Below, piece after piece: positions 37,315 through 46,998 of a stretch of DNA of 64,000 bases. Both the position numbers and the translations under genes were made by a program. The notes under the pieces were generated by a model. It saw only the letters and a list, made by a program, of their open reading frames with translations, had not been told where the DNA came from and did not search any database. The stretch is taken from positions 7,813 through 71,812 of IMG/VR virus record IMGVR_UViG_3300011113_000644. The stretch is one strand, 5' to 3'. Each line of letters starts with the position of its first letter. Positions within the stretch are counted from its first letter, which is position 1. Origin of the DNA: a virus.

Positions 37315-39217
37315 AAGTTATATCATTAATTAATCCTGAACAATCAGGGCACCTTGTGTCAAAAAGTGAAAATTTATTTTTCAATATGTTAAAATTATGT
37401 ACTATTTCTGCATAAGTTAATGGTTCAGTATACATTCTAAACTGTGATATTGCACCGTCAAATGTACCGGCAAATGTTGGTTCAAGTAGTACGTTTGTAG
37501 TCAGAGCTGATAATGAAGTACCTGATAAAACTTGATTTGGCATACATTCAGGGTCTTGTTGATATGTTAGTCCTGATAACGATGTAGGACAACCTGATAA
37601 CGTTAAACTTTCCCTGAGCCCCTGAGTTCCCCCACCCCAACTTATATTAAATGGTACCCCTAATTGTTTTTCTTTTTCAGTATTTAACCCTCTTGGTATA
37701 ATTTCCTCAAATCCATTTATTACAAAAAATAATCTACCATTAATATAAATTTTTAATGTTCCTAACCTATGATTAGTTTGAGACAACCATTTTTCATTCA
37801 ATTCAATTACTTCAATTTGTTCGGCAACTGTACCTCCTTCATGTGTAAATGGAGGTTCAATTAAAGACACGGTATCATTTGATAATGAATTTACGTAATA
37901 ATCTTTTGAAATTAACCCTAATCCTCCTCTATAATATAAATCACACTCATCAAAATATGTGTTTCTTTCCCAAACACAATCAATTAAAAACCAATGTTCA
38001 TCACTCAAATAAGCAGGATTTACAGTTTGACAATAACTATTGATTGTATTTGTTGAGCAATATTCAGTAATTGTATACCCTGTCGTGTATGTTATACCTG
38101 TTGTAGGACAAGAGCCGGTTGTCTGACAACCTCCAGTAAATTTTAAAACTTTAACACAAACTTTGGGGTTTGATGGACTACCAGATAACCTAAGTGACAT
38201 TGAATTTGATATGGTGTCTAATAATGGATTTTTATCGTTATTTGGTACGTTTGTTGTTTCGGCACAACCACAGTCGCAGGACGTATCGTGTTGCTCTGTA
38301 TAAACTAATGGTTCATATACTTCCACGCATCTTGAGTTTGTAACCCCTGTATTTGAACAAGCACATGTTTTAAAACAATTTGTTAATCCTGAAGTAACTC
38401 TTGTGTAACCTGAATCAGTTAATGGATTACCGTCGGCATGATGGTAAAATTTATTTTCAGCTCTTGAGCCAAAATAAAAAAATGTATTTTTATTTTGTGG
38501 GTATATTTCGTTTAATGTTGTTTGATTTGGTAAAGGATAAAATTCATCTTCTAATCTTGGCTTAAGTATCATTTCACAAGTCCATCCTTTATTTGTCCTA
38601 TTTGGAAAAACCTCATAGTCGTACCCAAACAATTTAAAAAACCCTTGATGAAATCCACCGTATAGTTGATTGTAAACACCTACTGTTGAACCGGTTTTGG
38701 TCACAATATTGTATAATGATTGTTTTGTGTTACCTGAAAACCTGTTTGTTGGATTTGTGTTACCAGTTATTGGAATCAATTTTAATCTTCTGTCATAATA
38801 AAAACGGTTCCATTTAGACGTTCCTGTAAATAGTCCCATTGTAAAAAACAAGGTTTCTCCAGATATTCGGGTAGTTAATCCGTTATCAATACCTGTTAAC
38901 CCTATGTCACATAATGTAGTCGATGTATAACAAGACAAATCATCATTATTTGGATTATAATAATTTAAAGAAACTAAAGTATTTCCAGTATTATAATCAC
39001 CATAATTTAATGTGAATAGTTGGGAACTACCTGAATTATTTAAATCAAAGTGAATTGGTAACCTATTACCATCATTAATACCAATAATTTGATTAGAAAA
39101 AACAACTTCTTCGTTATAATCTTTTTCATCCGATGCTAAGGAAATATCAAAAATGGGTTTATGTTGGGTAATAAACCATCTTTTATAGTTATATTGATTA
39201 ATATTCTGTTGAGACAT
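37307..39217 (-). CDS. Cys-rich virion protein with LamG/concanavalin-A-like fold elements
   Basis: GWTCEM, GTLKIYINGRL, FDGAISQFRMYTEPL...I..NF. Confidence 0.6.
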   Translation of the reverse strand: MSQQNINQYNYKRWFITQHKPIFDISLASDEKDYNEEVVFSNQIIGINDGNRLPIHFDLNNSGSSQLFTLNYGDYNTGNTLVSLNYYNPNNDDLSCYTSTTLCDIGLTGIDNGLTTRISGETLFFTMGLFTGTSKWNRFYYDRRLKLIPITGNTNPTNRFSGNTKQSLYNIVTKTGSTVGVYNQLYGGFHQGFFKLFGYDYEVFPNRTNKGWTCEMILKPRLEDEFYPLPNQTTLNEIYPQNKNTFFYFGSRAENKFYHHADGNPLTDSGYTRVTSGLTNCFKTCACSNTGVTNSRCVEVYEPLVYTEQHDTSCDCGCAETTNVPNNDKNPLLDTISNSMSLRLSGSPSNPKVCVKVLKFTGGCQTTGSCPTTGITYTTGYTITEYCSTNTINSYCQTVNPAYLSDEHWFLIDCVWERNTYFDECDLYYRGGLGLISKDYYVNSLSNDTVSLIEPPFTHEGGTVAEQIEVIELNEKWLSQTNHRLGTLKIYINGRLFFVINGFEEIIPRGLNTEKEKQLGVPFNISWGGGTQGLRESLTLSGCPTSLSGLTYQQDPECMPNQVLSGTSLSALTTNVLLEPTFAGTFDGAISQFRMYTEPLTYAEIVHNFNILKNKFSLFDTRCPDCSGLINDITYA

Positions 39218-39223
39218 TTATTG

Positions 39224-39250
39224 ATAAATATAACTTTTCAAAGTATTTAT
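39224..39250. promoter_or_regulatory. Back-to-back divergent TATTTAT motifs (putative late promoters)
   Basis: ATAAATA at 39224-39230 (minus-strand TATTTAT) and TATTTAT at 39244-39250, each just upstream of an ATG. Confidence 0.55.
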
Positions 39251-39263
39251 AAAATAAAACTCA

Positions 39264-40118
39264 ATGGAATTTAGAAAAGAATATTTTTTTAAACCTTATT
39301 ACTTTTATCTTACTGAAAGTAATGAGGAAATTTCTTTGTATTTTTCATATTCAGATACATTAACTGAGTCACGCAAAAAAGATGAAATGTTAAAATTTAA
39401 TAAAAAAAATAAATCTGAGGTTGAAAAAGAAATAAAAAAAATTGTAAAAAACAAAAAAGAAAAATCGACAAAAGAAATTAAAGATACTTTACAAAAAAAG
39501 AAAAGTGAGTTAGATGAATTAGTCGACTCTAACGGAAGCTTTAAAGATTCAAGTATTCCTATACTCAATCCAAAACTATCACCAAAAGGTACTACCGACC
39601 AAGAAGTAGTTCAAAATATGCAGCCAGGTAATCCGCTATGGAGAGGATACAGAGTTTATTGGGGTGAGGGTGAAGAAAAAGATGGTGAGGTTGTTTCCGA
39701 AATAGATTTGTCGGGTTCATTTGGTCGTGAAGAAACTGAAGACTTAAATGGTCCTGAGACTTTTGATACATATGTTAAAGATTTAGGTATGTCTGTGGAC
39801 GACGCTAAAGAAAGGACAAGACAGCAAGGAAAAATTCCTGATAAAAAGGAACACAAAAAAAAATTAAGCAGAGTTCCTAAAGAAATTAAAGATGACCCGA
39901 ACTATGTGGATACAATTACTTTGGTTGAAAAAAGAAAAACTAAAGCTCTACAGATGGTTGAGGATATTTTATTAAAGGATAAAGAAACCGAAAAGGGGAT
40001 TGGGAAGAAAAACCATACGGTAAATTCCTTGATAATAAAAAATTTAGAGTCTTTAAAGAAATTGGCAAAAAAAGAAGGAATATCAATAAACGATTTGATT
40101 AAGATACTAAAGAAATGA
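39264..40118 (+). CDS. Hypothetical charged protein
   Basis: 284-aa ORF, TATTTAT upstream, coupled to next gene. Confidence 0.6.
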   Translation: MEFRKEYFFKPYYFYLTESNEEISLYFSYSDTLTESRKKDEMLKFNKKNKSEVEKEIKKIVKNKKEKSTKEIKDTLQKKKSELDELVDSNGSFKDSSIPILNPKLSPKGTTDQEVVQNMQPGNPLWRGYRVYWGEGEEKDGEVVSEIDLSGSFGREETEDLNGPETFDTYVKDLGMSVDDAKERTRQQGKIPDKKEHKKKLSRVPKEIKDDPNYVDTITLVEKRKTKALQMVEDILLKDKETEKGIGKKNHTVNSLIIKNLESLKKLAKKEGISINDLIKILKK

Positions 40119-40564
40119 ACCAAGAATTATACGGTCAAATTTATGAAATACCTGATAATATCTTATCAAATCTTGAAAAATATTCTGGAAATGAAAGAAT
40201 AAAAAATTTGATAAACTCAAAACAAATTTCATATTCAAATTTGAAAAAATTCAAACACGATATGGAAAATGGTGAAAAAGAATCTTTAGGTGGAGAGTTT
40301 TTTGAAAATTGGATTAAAAATACTTTATCAACAAAAAGAGACAACTCCGAGACATCAAAAAGGGTTAAACAAAAATCTGGTCAGTCAAATGCTTTTATTT
40401 CATCACATGAAAAAAGAGAAAAAAATAGTATTCGACCTTCCGAAAGACATAGAAAGGCTTCCGAAAGACATTCAACATCTTTAGATAATAATTTTTTGAA
40501 ATTAGAATCTAAGGTGATTGAAGAATTAAAAATAATAAACGAAATAATGAAAAAATTAATTTAA
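40115..40564 (+). CDS. Hypothetical protein
   Basis: 149-aa ORF with ATGA overlap. Confidence 0.6.
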   Translation: MNQELYGQIYEIPDNILSNLEKYSGNERIKNLINSKQISYSNLKKFKHDMENGEKESLGGEFFENWIKNTLSTKRDNSETSKRVKQKSGQSNAFISSHEKREKNSIRPSERHRKASERHSTSLDNNFLKLESKVIEELKIINEIMKKLI

Positions 40565-40568
40565 ACTT

Positions 40569-40859
40569 ATGGCAACGTATATTCCATTAGAAATCAGTCA
40601 GCCTCAAAACGCAATGACACAAATTGCTGAGCAAAAACGTAAAGAATTAATCACTAAAAATGATTATGCTCTTAGTAAAAATGAATACACCCAAACTAAC
40701 GAAGACGCTTTGTCCGATGGTGATGAGATGGGTCGCGGTACGGGTAACTATTTGGATACTCTTAATGGTGGAACATCTATCGATATTCTAAACAGAGTAG
40801 ATGAAATTACAAGAAACAAATACGGTCCACAAAAACCATATAACACAAATCCACAATAA
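40569..40859 (+). CDS. Hypothetical protein
   Basis: 96-aa ORF in operon; DALSDGDEMGRGTG motif. Confidence 0.6.
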   Translation: MATYIPLEISQPQNAMTQIAEQKRKELITKNDYALSKNEYTQTNEDALSDGDEMGRGTGNYLDTLNGGTSIDILNRVDEITRNKYGPQKPYNTNPQ

Positions 40860-40865
40860 TTTAAA

Positions 40866-41267
40866 ATGAAACTTTACAACATTCTAAAAAAAGTTATTAT
40901 AGAAGCAAGCTTAGACCAAGTCACAAATTCTATTAAGAATAAGAATGTTGTTACTTTATATTATTATGGTAACGAAGATGGGGGGCAAGGTTTAAGAGTT
41001 GTTGAGCCGTATTGTGTTGGAACTTCAAAAAAAGGAAATAAAGTTTTAAGAGCATACGACCTAGAAGGAGCTTCACATACGGCCAAAACAGGTGAGCAAC
41101 CATTGCCCGGTTGGAGATTGTTCAGATTGGATAGGATTGGTAACTACTCTCCTGACCCAAGACAAACATTCACAAGGCCAAGGGAATTATATAACCCTAA
41201 CGATAAGGGTATGGTAGGAATGAAAACCTGTGCAGAGTTTGAGTTAGAAAACACACAAGAAATATGA
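40866..41267 (+). CDS. Stand-alone WYL-domain protein
   Basis: VTLYY...RVVEPYCVG...LRAYD...WRLFRLDRI. Confidence 0.75.
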   Translation: MKLYNILKKVIIEASLDQVTNSIKNKNVVTLYYYGNEDGGQGLRVVEPYCVGTSKKGNKVLRAYDLEGASHTAKTGEQPLPGWRLFRLDRIGNYSPDPRQTFTRPRELYNPNDKGMVGMKTCAEFELENTQEI

Positions 41268-41854
41268 CAGAAGATTTTATACAAAAGTTAATGATTTCTA
41301 AAAAAATTATGGAGAAATCAGATGGTATTCCAAGAAATACTAATAGTACGGGTATGTTAAATATCAATGAATCATCCTTACCGTCTACACCTGATTTGTA
41401 CACAGCAAATCCTATTAACGGGACTTACAACATTCCTCAAGAGTATATGGAATCACCTCAAGTAAAACCTATCAAACCAATGCAACTAACTGAGGATAGA
41501 ATTCAAAATTCAAAACTTCCTGATGCCATAAAAAAGTTAATGATTGAGCACCCAATCAAACAACCCGAGTCTTACAGTCCAACTATTTCCGATGATATAT
41601 TGGAAAAGGCTGCAAGATTAATGAGAGAGGAAAAACAAACTGTTCAAACATCAAAACAAACAAATACAAATTATCAAAATTCAAAACCTATTAATTCTGA
41701 CATGAAAGGTCTAATCAGAGAGACTATGGAAGAAATTTTAAAAGATTATGGTATTATTTCCGAGTCCGAGTCAAAAACAAAAGACCAATTTCAGTTTAAG
41801 GTTGGTAAACACATTTTTGAGGGTACAATTAATAAAGTAAAAAAAATTAGATAA
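41264..41854 (+). CDS. Hypothetical protein
   Basis: 196-aa ORF with ATGA overlap; SKLPDAIKKLMIEHP. Confidence 0.6.
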   Translation: MTEDFIQKLMISKKIMEKSDGIPRNTNSTGMLNINESSLPSTPDLYTANPINGTYNIPQEYMESPQVKPIKPMQLTEDRIQNSKLPDAIKKLMIEHPIKQPESYSPTISDDILEKAARLMREEKQTVQTSKQTNTNYQNSKPINSDMKGLIRETMEEILKDYGIISESESKTKDQFQFKVGKHIFEGTINKVKKIR

Positions 41855-41866
41855 TTCAAATAAGAA

Positions 41867-41895
41867 TTGAATTAGTACTTATTTTCTATTATAAT
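41867..41895 (+). promoter_or_regulatory. Sigma70-like promoter heading the glycan operon
   Basis: TTGAAT-N17-TATAAT, 18 nt upstream of ATG 41914. Confidence 0.6.
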
Positions 41896-41913
41896 TGTTG
41901 AATAACGACAATT

Positions 41914-43128
41914 ATGAAAGAAAAAATTAAAGTTTTAGTGGTTCCATCAGACCGTACAGGTGTTGGAAAATTTAGGTCTGTCGACCCTCATATCTTTTTA
42001 CAGAATTTATATCCTGATGATTTCCATATAGACATTGTTTACGATATTGATTTTGAAGACAAAAACTTTTGGAAGCAATACCCAATAGTTCATTTTCACA
42101 GAAGTATTGGTCAAGATATGGACAATTCCATAAATGTTATCAATTATTTAAATTCACAGGGTGTAATAACAATTTGTGATATCGATGATTATTGGTTACC
42201 CGGAAAAGAGCATCCCCTACACCAGATTATTGTTACAAATAAAATTCATGAAAAAATTGTTGCCAACATTAAAGCTGCAAAATATGTAACAACGACCACT
42301 ACTTTGTTTGCGGATGAAATAAAAAAGCATAATCCAAATGTGTTTATTTTCCCTAATGCAATTGACCCAAACGAATCACAGTTCAAAGAGGTGACACCTG
42401 AATCAGATAAATTAAGAATTGGTTGGCTTGGGGGTTCGTCTCATTTACATGACTTGATGTTGTTAGACGGAATGGTGGCTAAGTTAAATGATAAAAAAGA
42501 TAAATTACAGTTTGTACTTTGTGGGTTTGATACAAGAGGGACAATTACTGAAATTAATCAACAGACAGGGGAACAAAAACAAAGACCAATCAAACCTCAT
42601 GAAAGTGTTTGGTATGAGTATGAGAAAATATTTACAAATAACTACTCAATTGTAGATGAGGATTATAAATTATTTTTAAATAAATTTGAAAATGTTCCTT
42701 ATGAAAATGAAATGGATAAAAATTATTTAAGGGTATGGACAAAACCTGTTACATCATACGCAAAAAACTATTCAAAATTTGACGTTTCTATTGCCCCAAT
42801 TAAACATCATACTTTTAATAAAGTAAAATCTCAATTAAAGGTGATTGAAGCTGGATTTTATAAAAAAGCATTAATTGCGTCAAATTACGGTCCCTACACA
42901 ATTGATTTGACTCATTGTTTAAAAAATGGTAATTTTGTTGATGGGAACGCATTACTTGTAGATGAACAAAGAAATCACTCAGATTGGGCAAAATACATTA
43001 AAAAATTAATAGATAACCCAAATATGGTTAAAGATATGGGAGAAAGATTATACGAGCATGTATCAAAAAAATACGATTTGGCAATTGTTACAAAAGATAG
43101 AGCGGAATTTTATAAATCAATTATATGA
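41914..43128 (+). CDS. GT4-like (GT-B) glycosyltransferase
   Basis: DIDDYW, PNAID, IGWLGGSSH..D, DVSIAP...FNKVKSQLKVIEAG. Confidence 0.8.
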   Translation: MKEKIKVLVVPSDRTGVGKFRSVDPHIFLQNLYPDDFHIDIVYDIDFEDKNFWKQYPIVHFHRSIGQDMDNSINVINYLNSQGVITICDIDDYWLPGKEHPLHQIIVTNKIHEKIVANIKAAKYVTTTTTLFADEIKKHNPNVFIFPNAIDPNESQFKEVTPESDKLRIGWLGGSSHLHDLMLLDGMVAKLNDKKDKLQFVLCGFDTRGTITEINQQTGEQKQRPIKPHESVWYEYEKIFTNNYSIVDEDYKLFLNKFENVPYENEMDKNYLRVWTKPVTSYAKNYSKFDVSIAPIKHHTFNKVKSQLKVIEAGFYKKALIASNYGPYTIDLTHCLKNGNFVDGNALLVDEQRNHSDWAKYIKKLIDNPNMVKDMGERLYEHVSKKYDLAIVTKDRAEFYKSII

Positions 43129-43829
43129 TAAACACACCTTTACAAAAAATACTTTTTATTGACATCGAGACTGTTGGAATTTCAAGTACGTTTGAGATTT
43201 TTCAGAGAGACTACCCTGAATTATGTTTTCAATTTGAGAATTATTTGGATTGGTTTCAAAAAAAGTTTCCTGAGGAACTTGGTAATTCAAAGGAGGACAT
43301 TTTTGTAAACAGAGCCGCTTTAGTTCCAGAGTTTTGCAAAATTGTATGTGTATCAGTTGGTTTTGTTGACCCAAAAGGAGAAAAAAAAACACAAAGTTTT
43401 TTTAATTCAGATGAAAGACAACTTTTAAGTGATGTTAAAGATTTATTAAAACGTGTTGATAAACTTGGGTTTGTACTTTGTGGACACAATATTAAAAATT
43501 TTGATATACCTGTATTAGCTAAAAGAATGTTGGTTCATGGTATTTTACCTCCATTAATTTTACCAAGTTATGACACAAAGCCTTGGGAAGTTAAAGCCAT
43601 TGACACAAAAGAAATTTGGCAGTATGGTCAATTTGGGGCAATTGGTTCACTTGAATTAATGTGTATATCACTTGGAATTGAAAGTTCAAAAAATATGGAG
43701 GTTACCGGTAATAAAGTACACGATTCTTATTGGTTTGATAACAAATACCAAGAAATTCAAGACTATTGTGAAAAAGATGTAGAAGTATTAATAAATGTTA
43801 TAAGTAAAATTAAAAACTATGAAAGATGA
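43125..43829 (+). CDS. Stand-alone DnaQ-like 3'-5' exonuclease (PolB-exo-like)
   Basis: FIDIET, GHNIKNFDIP, YCEKDV. Confidence 0.85.
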   Translation: MINTPLQKILFIDIETVGISSTFEIFQRDYPELCFQFENYLDWFQKKFPEELGNSKEDIFVNRAALVPEFCKIVCVSVGFVDPKGEKKTQSFFNSDERQLLSDVKDLLKRVDKLGFVLCGHNIKNFDIPVLAKRMLVHGILPPLILPSYDTKPWEVKAIDTKEIWQYGQFGAIGSLELMCISLGIESSKNMEVTGNKVHDSYWFDNKYQEIQDYCEKDVEVLINVISKIKNYER

Positions 43830-44403
43830 TTTTTTTAAAGCAATAAATAAAGTAATTCCAGATATGTCGGATGACCCTAATTATGGTGACGCATACAAAA
43901 GAATTACAGAAAAATTGGGTTTAGATTTAGACGAATTAGAAAGGGATTTAGAAAATATGTCTAGTGATAAAATTAAACTTAAATACACATCGTCAAATGG
44001 TAAAAACTTATCATATAATTATGATTCTGATAGTGGATTTGATTTATATTCATCTGAAGATATTATCATAGAAAAATTCGGGAGAGCTTTAGTCCCAACA
44101 GGTATTAGTTTTGAAATCCCCAAAGATTTTGAAATACAAATAAGACCTAAAAGTGGTTTAGCTTTGAATCATGGATTAACCGTGTTAAATACTCCTGGCA
44201 CTGTGGATGAGGGTTATAGAGGTGAAGTTAAAGTAATAGTTTTTAATACTAACCCCGAACAATATAAGATTACAAAAGGAATGAAAATTGCTCAAGCGGT
44301 TGTTGCTCGTTGTGTTACAGGAAGGTGGGTTATTTTAGAAAAGGTTGAAAAATTAAAAGGAGCTGATAGGGGTGATAACGGATTTGGTAGTACTGGAATA
44401 TGA
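43819..44403 (+). CDS. dut: Trimeric dUTPase
   Basis: SGFDL, RPKSGLA, GTVDEGYRGE, KIAQ, RGDNGFGSTG. Confidence 0.95.
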   Translation: MKDDFFKAINKVIPDMSDDPNYGDAYKRITEKLGLDLDELERDLENMSSDKIKLKYTSSNGKNLSYNYDSDSGFDLYSSEDIIIEKFGRALVPTGISFEIPKDFEIQIRPKSGLALNHGLTVLNTPGTVDEGYRGEVKVIVFNTNPEQYKITKGMKIAQAVVARCVTGRWVILEKVEKLKGADRGDNGFGSTGI

Positions 44404-45827
44404 TTACAATAGGATATAGTACAAGGGAAAGTAAACCTCAATTTCAAGAGTACATAAAAAAAACTTGTGGGATTAAAAATGTTCAATTGATTGAAGTAGT
44501 TAATAATGGTATTAAATCATTACCTGAAGTTTATAATCAAATAATTGGACAAAGTAATTTTGATATTATTGTACTTTGTCATGATGATATTGAATTTGAT
44601 ACCCATAATTGGGGACAAAAATTAATCAAACACTTTCAAAGAAATCCTGAATATGGTATATTAGGAATGGCTGGTTCAAAGTATTTACCATCATCAGGTA
44701 AATGGTGGGAAGTCCCACATACTATGTATGGAATTGTTAATCATAAACATGAGGGTAAAAAATGGACAAGTACCTATTCAAAACATTTAAATAACAAAGT
44801 GGAAGAGGTAGTTTTAATTGATGGTTTATTTATTTCTTTTGATAAAAATAAAATTAAACATAAATTTAATATAGATTTTGATGGATTTCATTTTTATGAC
44901 TTATCATTCTGTATACCAAACTATACAGATGGTGTTAAAATTGGAGTCATTTCCGATATAAGATTAACTCATTTATCAATTGGTATGACTAATGATAAAT
45001 GGGAACAAAATCGAATTAAATTTTCTGAAGTTTATAAAGAAAATTTACCGATAGACATTACAAATAAAAACAACGCATATTCAACATTTATTTTTTGTCA
45101 CGACCAAGATATAATTCTAAATTATATCAAAAATGGTAAATTTGGTTCATTGTCTAATTTAAAATATATGTTTTTGGGTAATAGACCTGCCGATAAACTT
45201 GAGGGTCGTGAAGATATTATTATTGCTCGTAATTTGGAATATAATATGGAGGAATATCCAACAATAAATGCATTTACAGGTTGGTATGCGTTATGGAAAA
45301 ACAATTTAATAACCACCAAATATGTTAATTTATTTGAGTATGACTTAATTACTCATGAAAGCTTAGGTCAAATCATTTCCAAATTTGTATATGAAAATTT
45401 TCCTATGGTTGGGTATATTCCATTCCCTTGTTCCAATTTTCACTTTATAGATAATAAAGATTGGGTAGGTGAATTCTTTGATGCTGTTAAACAAGTTTAT
45501 AATTTAGACTTGGAGAAAACTATCCGTCTCTATATTAAGAGTAACCCAAATATGATGTGGTCGTCAACAAGTAATTCGACAATGTCTTATAAGCACTTTG
45601 ATTCATACATGCGGTGGTTTACCCCAATTAGTGAATTAATTAAATCCTCCAAAACTGCAGGACATGCTCACGAAAGGTCGATTAGTTTTTACTATATTGT
45701 TAATAAGATTAATGTAATGTTAACTCAAGGATTAATTAAACATTATCAAATGGACTCTCACGGAACTCAAGGTCATTATGTAGATTACGATAAAAATATA
45801 AAAGAGTTAACTGAAAATAAAATATGA
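44400..45827 (+). CDS. GT2-like glycosyltransferase fused to a second putative GT domain
   Basis: LCHDDI, GMAGS, IDGLF, FHFYDLSFC, HLSIG; C-terminal domain with FEYD and HAHER. Confidence 0.7.
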   Translation: MITIGYSTRESKPQFQEYIKKTCGIKNVQLIEVVNNGIKSLPEVYNQIIGQSNFDIIVLCHDDIEFDTHNWGQKLIKHFQRNPEYGILGMAGSKYLPSSGKWWEVPHTMYGIVNHKHEGKKWTSTYSKHLNNKVEEVVLIDGLFISFDKNKIKHKFNIDFDGFHFYDLSFCIPNYTDGVKIGVISDIRLTHLSIGMTNDKWEQNRIKFSEVYKENLPIDITNKNNAYSTFIFCHDQDIILNYIKNGKFGSLSNLKYMFLGNRPADKLEGREDIIIARNLEYNMEEYPTINAFTGWYALWKNNLITTKYVNLFEYDLITHESLGQIISKFVYENFPMVGYIPFPCSNFHFIDNKDWVGEFFDAVKQVYNLDLEKTIRLYIKSNPNMMWSSTSNSTMSYKHFDSYMRWFTPISELIKSSKTAGHAHERSISFYYIVNKINVMLTQGLIKHYQMDSHGTQGHYVDYDKNIKELTENKI

Positions 45828-46483
45828 ATTATTTAAGTTTTAGTTTGTGGGGGAATAAACCGATTTATAACGTTGGGGTAATAAAAAATGCATTATTATG
45901 GAAAGAAATTTATCATGATTGGCAAATGGTGGTATATTATGACAATACCGTACCTGAAGAAACCATCGATAAATTAAATGAATTGGGCGTATTAACAATT
46001 GATTTTACTAACAAAAATATGTATGGTATGTTTTGGAGATTTTTTGCGGTGGACTTACCAAATTCGGAGTATTGTGTCTTCAGAGACTCAGATTCTCGTA
46101 TAACAGTACGAGAAAAAATGGCGGTAGATGAATGGATTAATTCAGGTAAATCTATACATGTAATGAGGGACCATCCGGCACATAGAATCCCATATGGGAA
46201 CGACGGTTTAGGAATACTCGGAGGAATGTGGGGAATAAAATCAAACGTAATTCCTTTATCAGATATGATTCTAAAATTTACAAAAGATAAAAATTTAAGT
46301 TATGGTTCAGACCAAACTTTTTTAAAAACCATTTACTCCATTTTTGTTGATGATAGATTTACCCATGATGAGTTTTTTGAAAATAAACCTTTCCCTATCA
46401 AAAGAGAATTTGGAAGATTTGTTGGTGACAGATTGGACGAAAACGATAATTTTGTTGGGGATGATTATAAATCTGTAAATTAA
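45824..46483 (+). CDS. Conserved putative glycosyltransferase (paralog of 32066..32713)
   Basis: SFSLWG, MFWRF, RDSDSR, MRDHPAH, ILGGMWG, DQTFL. Confidence 0.55.
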   Translation: MNYLSFSLWGNKPIYNVGVIKNALLWKEIYHDWQMVVYYDNTVPEETIDKLNELGVLTIDFTNKNMYGMFWRFFAVDLPNSEYCVFRDSDSRITVREKMAVDEWINSGKSIHVMRDHPAHRIPYGNDGLGILGGMWGIKSNVIPLSDMILKFTKDKNLSYGSDQTFLKTIYSIFVDDRFTHDEFFENKPFPIKREFGRFVGDRLDENDNFVGDDYKSVN

Positions 46484-46484
46484 T

Positions 46485-46982
46485 ATGCCAGGAAGTTACC
46501 CACAAGGAAAAGATGAAATTGTCGAATATATTATAAATAATACTGAAAGTTCCACGTTAATTTTGGATGTTGGTCCAGGATATGGTACATATGGTGGTCG
46601 ACTCAATCAAATTTATAAAATAGACTGTGTTGAAATTTTTGAAAGATATATTTCTGATTATTCCCTTTCTAATATATATAACCAAGTTCATATTGGAGAC
46701 ATTTGTGAATTTGATTATTCCAAATATGATTTGATTATTATGGGAGATGTTTTGGAACACATAGAAACCGATAAAGCAATTGAATTAATAAAAAATATGT
46801 CTGAGTTTGGTAAAAAACTTGTTGTTGCAGTTCCATATGAATACCATCAAGGAGAATGGGGAGGTAACATACATGAGACTCATCTACAACCAGATTTAAC
46901 TCCAGCAATAATGAACCAAAGATATCCGAATTTAGAATTAAAATTTAATTTTGGAGTGTACGGGTACTATACTAATTTTTAA
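46485..46982 (+). CDS. Class I SAM-dependent methyltransferase
   Basis: ILDVGPGYG, VEIF, YDLIIMGDVLEH. Confidence 0.8.
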   Translation: MPGSYPQGKDEIVEYIINNTESSTLILDVGPGYGTYGGRLNQIYKIDCVEIFERYISDYSLSNIYNQVHIGDICEFDYSKYDLIIMGDVLEHIETDKAIELIKNMSEFGKKLVVAVPYEYHQGEWGGNIHETHLQPDLTPAIMNQRYPNLELKFNFGVYGYYTNF

Positions 46983-46998
46983 AAAAACGAAAAAAAAA

